From contig NW_024055478.1 of NCBI RefSeq assembly GCF_902713615.1, positions 492,363-556,362 on the forward strand: a stretch of DNA of 64,000 nucleotides, in the 5' to 3' direction. Both the position numbers and the translations under genes were made by a program. This document shows positions 61,881 through 64,000 of this stretch, in pieces. Each line of letters begins with the position of its first letter. Position 1 is the first letter of the stretch. The DNA is from Scyliorhinus canicula. Lineage: Eukaryota. Below the pieces are notes generated by a model that was not told where the DNA came from, searched no databases, and saw nothing but the letters and a program-made list of their open reading frames with translations.

Positions 61881-62361
61881 ATTCTTACCAGGCCTGAGTG
61901 TGGCCCAGGGCCGGGCAGTTGTGACGTGCTTTGGAAATCCACGTTGGATGAAGTTACCTCCTTATCTAGAATTTGCAACAATGACTCAGGAAGCCGTCCC
62001 CCGCTCTGTGGAGAGATGCCCGGAGTTGCAATATCTTTCATTTTTCTCCCTCCCTCTGAATGTCCGGAAATAATGGATAAAATAACAGCAAAATTATCGA
62101 TAAAAGTACAGAAATACTAACATAGAAATGTCATCTTCGTTCTTTAGTGGAGTGTCTGAACTGTGGTTTGGACCCACAACCTTCTGACTCAGGAGTCAGA
62201 GTGGTACCAGTAGTGAATTAGATCCCTGCCTAGCTCCCAGTAGATTAGCACAGAGGTCACATTGTACAGCTGCTAGAAATCGAAAACAGAAACGGAAGAT
62301 GTTGGAAATACTCAAAAGATCATCTCTAGATTCTGTTTCCTTTGCTCACATTCTTTATGGG

Positions 62362-62705
62362 CAGCACGGTAGCATAGTGGATAGCACAATCGTTTCACAG
62401 CTCCAGGGTCCCAGGTTCGATTCCGTCTTGGGTCACTGTCTGTGCGGAGTCTGCACATCCTCCCCGTATGTGCGTAGGTTTCCTGCAGGTGCTCCGGTGT
62501 CCTCCCACAGTCCAAAGATGTGCAGGTTAGGTGGATTGGCCATGCTAAATTGCCATTAGTGTCCAAAATTGCCCTTGGTGTTGGGTCGGGTTACTGGGTT
62601 ATGGGGATAGGGTGGCGTTGTTGACCTTGGGTAGGGTGCTCTTTCCAGGAGCCAGTGCAGACTCGATGGGCCGAATGGCCTCCTTCTGCACTGTAAATGC
62701 TATGT
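62362..62705 (+). mobile_element. Full-length HE1-like SINE (tRNA head, core, CR1-derived tail)
   Basis: gggcagcacggtagcatagtgg...ggttcgattcc...gggccgaatggcctccttctgcactgtaaatgctatgtctatg. Confidence 0.85.
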
Positions 62706-63514
62706 CTATGCTCTCAGAGAATGATATCCAGTGGCGGAGAAATTTGGTTAACAACCGGCGTTGAGTTCCACTTCTTCCATTGTCAAACAAATCCAAGAGT
62801 GGGAATCGAACGCAGACTTAATGGGCCGAATGGCCTCCTTCTTCACTGTAAATTCTATGACGCCTATGAAGTTAAACGCATGCACCGTGTCACAATGGTT
62901 AGCACGGGGACGTCAATGAGCCAGGGCTCCGAATGATTCCGAACTTCGCAACTGTGTGGAGTTTGCAGGTTCTCCCCGTGTCTGCGTAGGTTTCGTCCGG
63001 GTGCTCCGGTTTCCCTTGACATTCCAATGGTCTACAAGTTAGGTGAAATGGCCATTCTAAAATTCACCCTTTTGTCTCCTGAGATGTGCAGTTTCGATTG
63101 GGTTACGGGAAAGTGCCAAGGGAGGTTCCTCTTTTGCAGGGTCGATGAAGACTCGATGAGCCGAATGGCCTCCTTCTGCACTACAGGAATACTATGAAAT
63201 TCAGAAGCAGGAGTCTTCCCAAATGTGCCACTCTGGAGCGTAACATTGTCAGCCAGAAAGATATTTGCAGTTTGAAATCGATTATCATCCTTCTGATTAA
63301 GTGCCATCGCCAGGAAAAGTATTTCTCTCCTCAGATCATGCCTAGACTGCAGGGAAATTCCAGCAGATTCTGATCTTATCTATCATTCCACTGGACGCTG
63401 TCTGTGTAATACCATAAACCCCATCCCAATCATGAAGGCTGTTAGCGTTATCTCGCATTCGATAAAGCATTTGCTATTATATCAACAGCCACAGGAGCAC
63501 ATGCACATGTGCAT

Positions 63515-63533
63515 ACACACACAGACACGCACA

Positions 63534-63568
<35 letters not shown>
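63515..63568. repeat. (CA)n microsatellite
   Basis: Directly visible. Confidence 0.95.
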
Positions 63569-63570
<2 letters not shown>

Positions 63571-64000
63571 TGTATCAGACAAAACCTCGATTTCCGTGCT
63601 CCAAACACTGACAGTGTTTTCATGAAACTGGGCCCAGTGATGTGTTCCGTAATGCACTGGAGACTGATTTAGCACCTCAAGCAGTATATTTGTTACACTC
63701 TAAATAAGCCATGGCTTTGCTGTTTCTATTTGGTCTTACACAACAAATGTGGACACAAAGATGTGGCCTTTGTAATGGTTGCATTAATAGCCTCGCTGCC
63801 ATTCAAATTTTAGTGCAATCCTCTACTAATAGTTCTGGAAACATTGGTCCTGTCAGTTCTGAATGAAACATCTTTCTGGTATTGCTAATTTGGACCCTGT
63901 TTCTGTTCGTGTTCCACCTTGATACTTCTCGCTGAATGTTGCACACAGTGCTTTTCTTAATATGGAGACACAAATAAATGCTTATTTCATCCTGTTTCTC

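Noticed and set aside
61053-62041. Three overlapping 232-317 aa ORFs with 26-aa repeats
   Set aside because: A 78-bp unit is divisible by three, so any stop-free frame stays open; ORFs occur on both strands with no domain or splice context.
40000-64000. Second V segment or a second Ig cluster upstream
   Set aside because: No V-domain ORF, WGxG J motif or complete RSS was recognised by eye; heavily decayed relics cannot be excluded without a profile search.

Overview
Eukaryotic genomic DNA from a cartilaginous fish; the SINE/CR1 repertoire looks catshark-like, but the species is an inference. The core is one complete, apparently intact IgM heavy-chain cluster on the minus strand (~39727 to 13150): TATA, leader, VH-23RSS, a single D with 12RSS on both sides, 22RSS-JH, a 14.8 kb J-C intron, CH1-CH4 with secretory tail, TM1 and TM2. 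All splice junctions I read by hand are canonical and in frame. Two things stand out. (1) I find only one 23-nt D where shark IgM clusters usually carry D1 and D2, which suggests a germline D1-D2 join or loss of D1. (2) The J-C intron holds a 1.85 kb 29-bp tandem array with two AGCT (AID hotspot) motifs per unit, ~500 bp 5' of CH1, and a sense-strand G-rich array just upstream of it; together they resemble a class-switch region, and the array appears to derive from a SINE head. Downstream of the IgM gene are a C2H2 zinc-finger gene with one nonsense codon and a divergent truncated paralog flanking a candidate bidirectional promoter. The rest is mostly CR1, L1, RTE and SINE remnants and minisatellites; most ORFs in the supplied track are repeat artefacts. 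TE boundaries are approximate (+/-20-50 bp) and family names come from motif recognition, not database searches.
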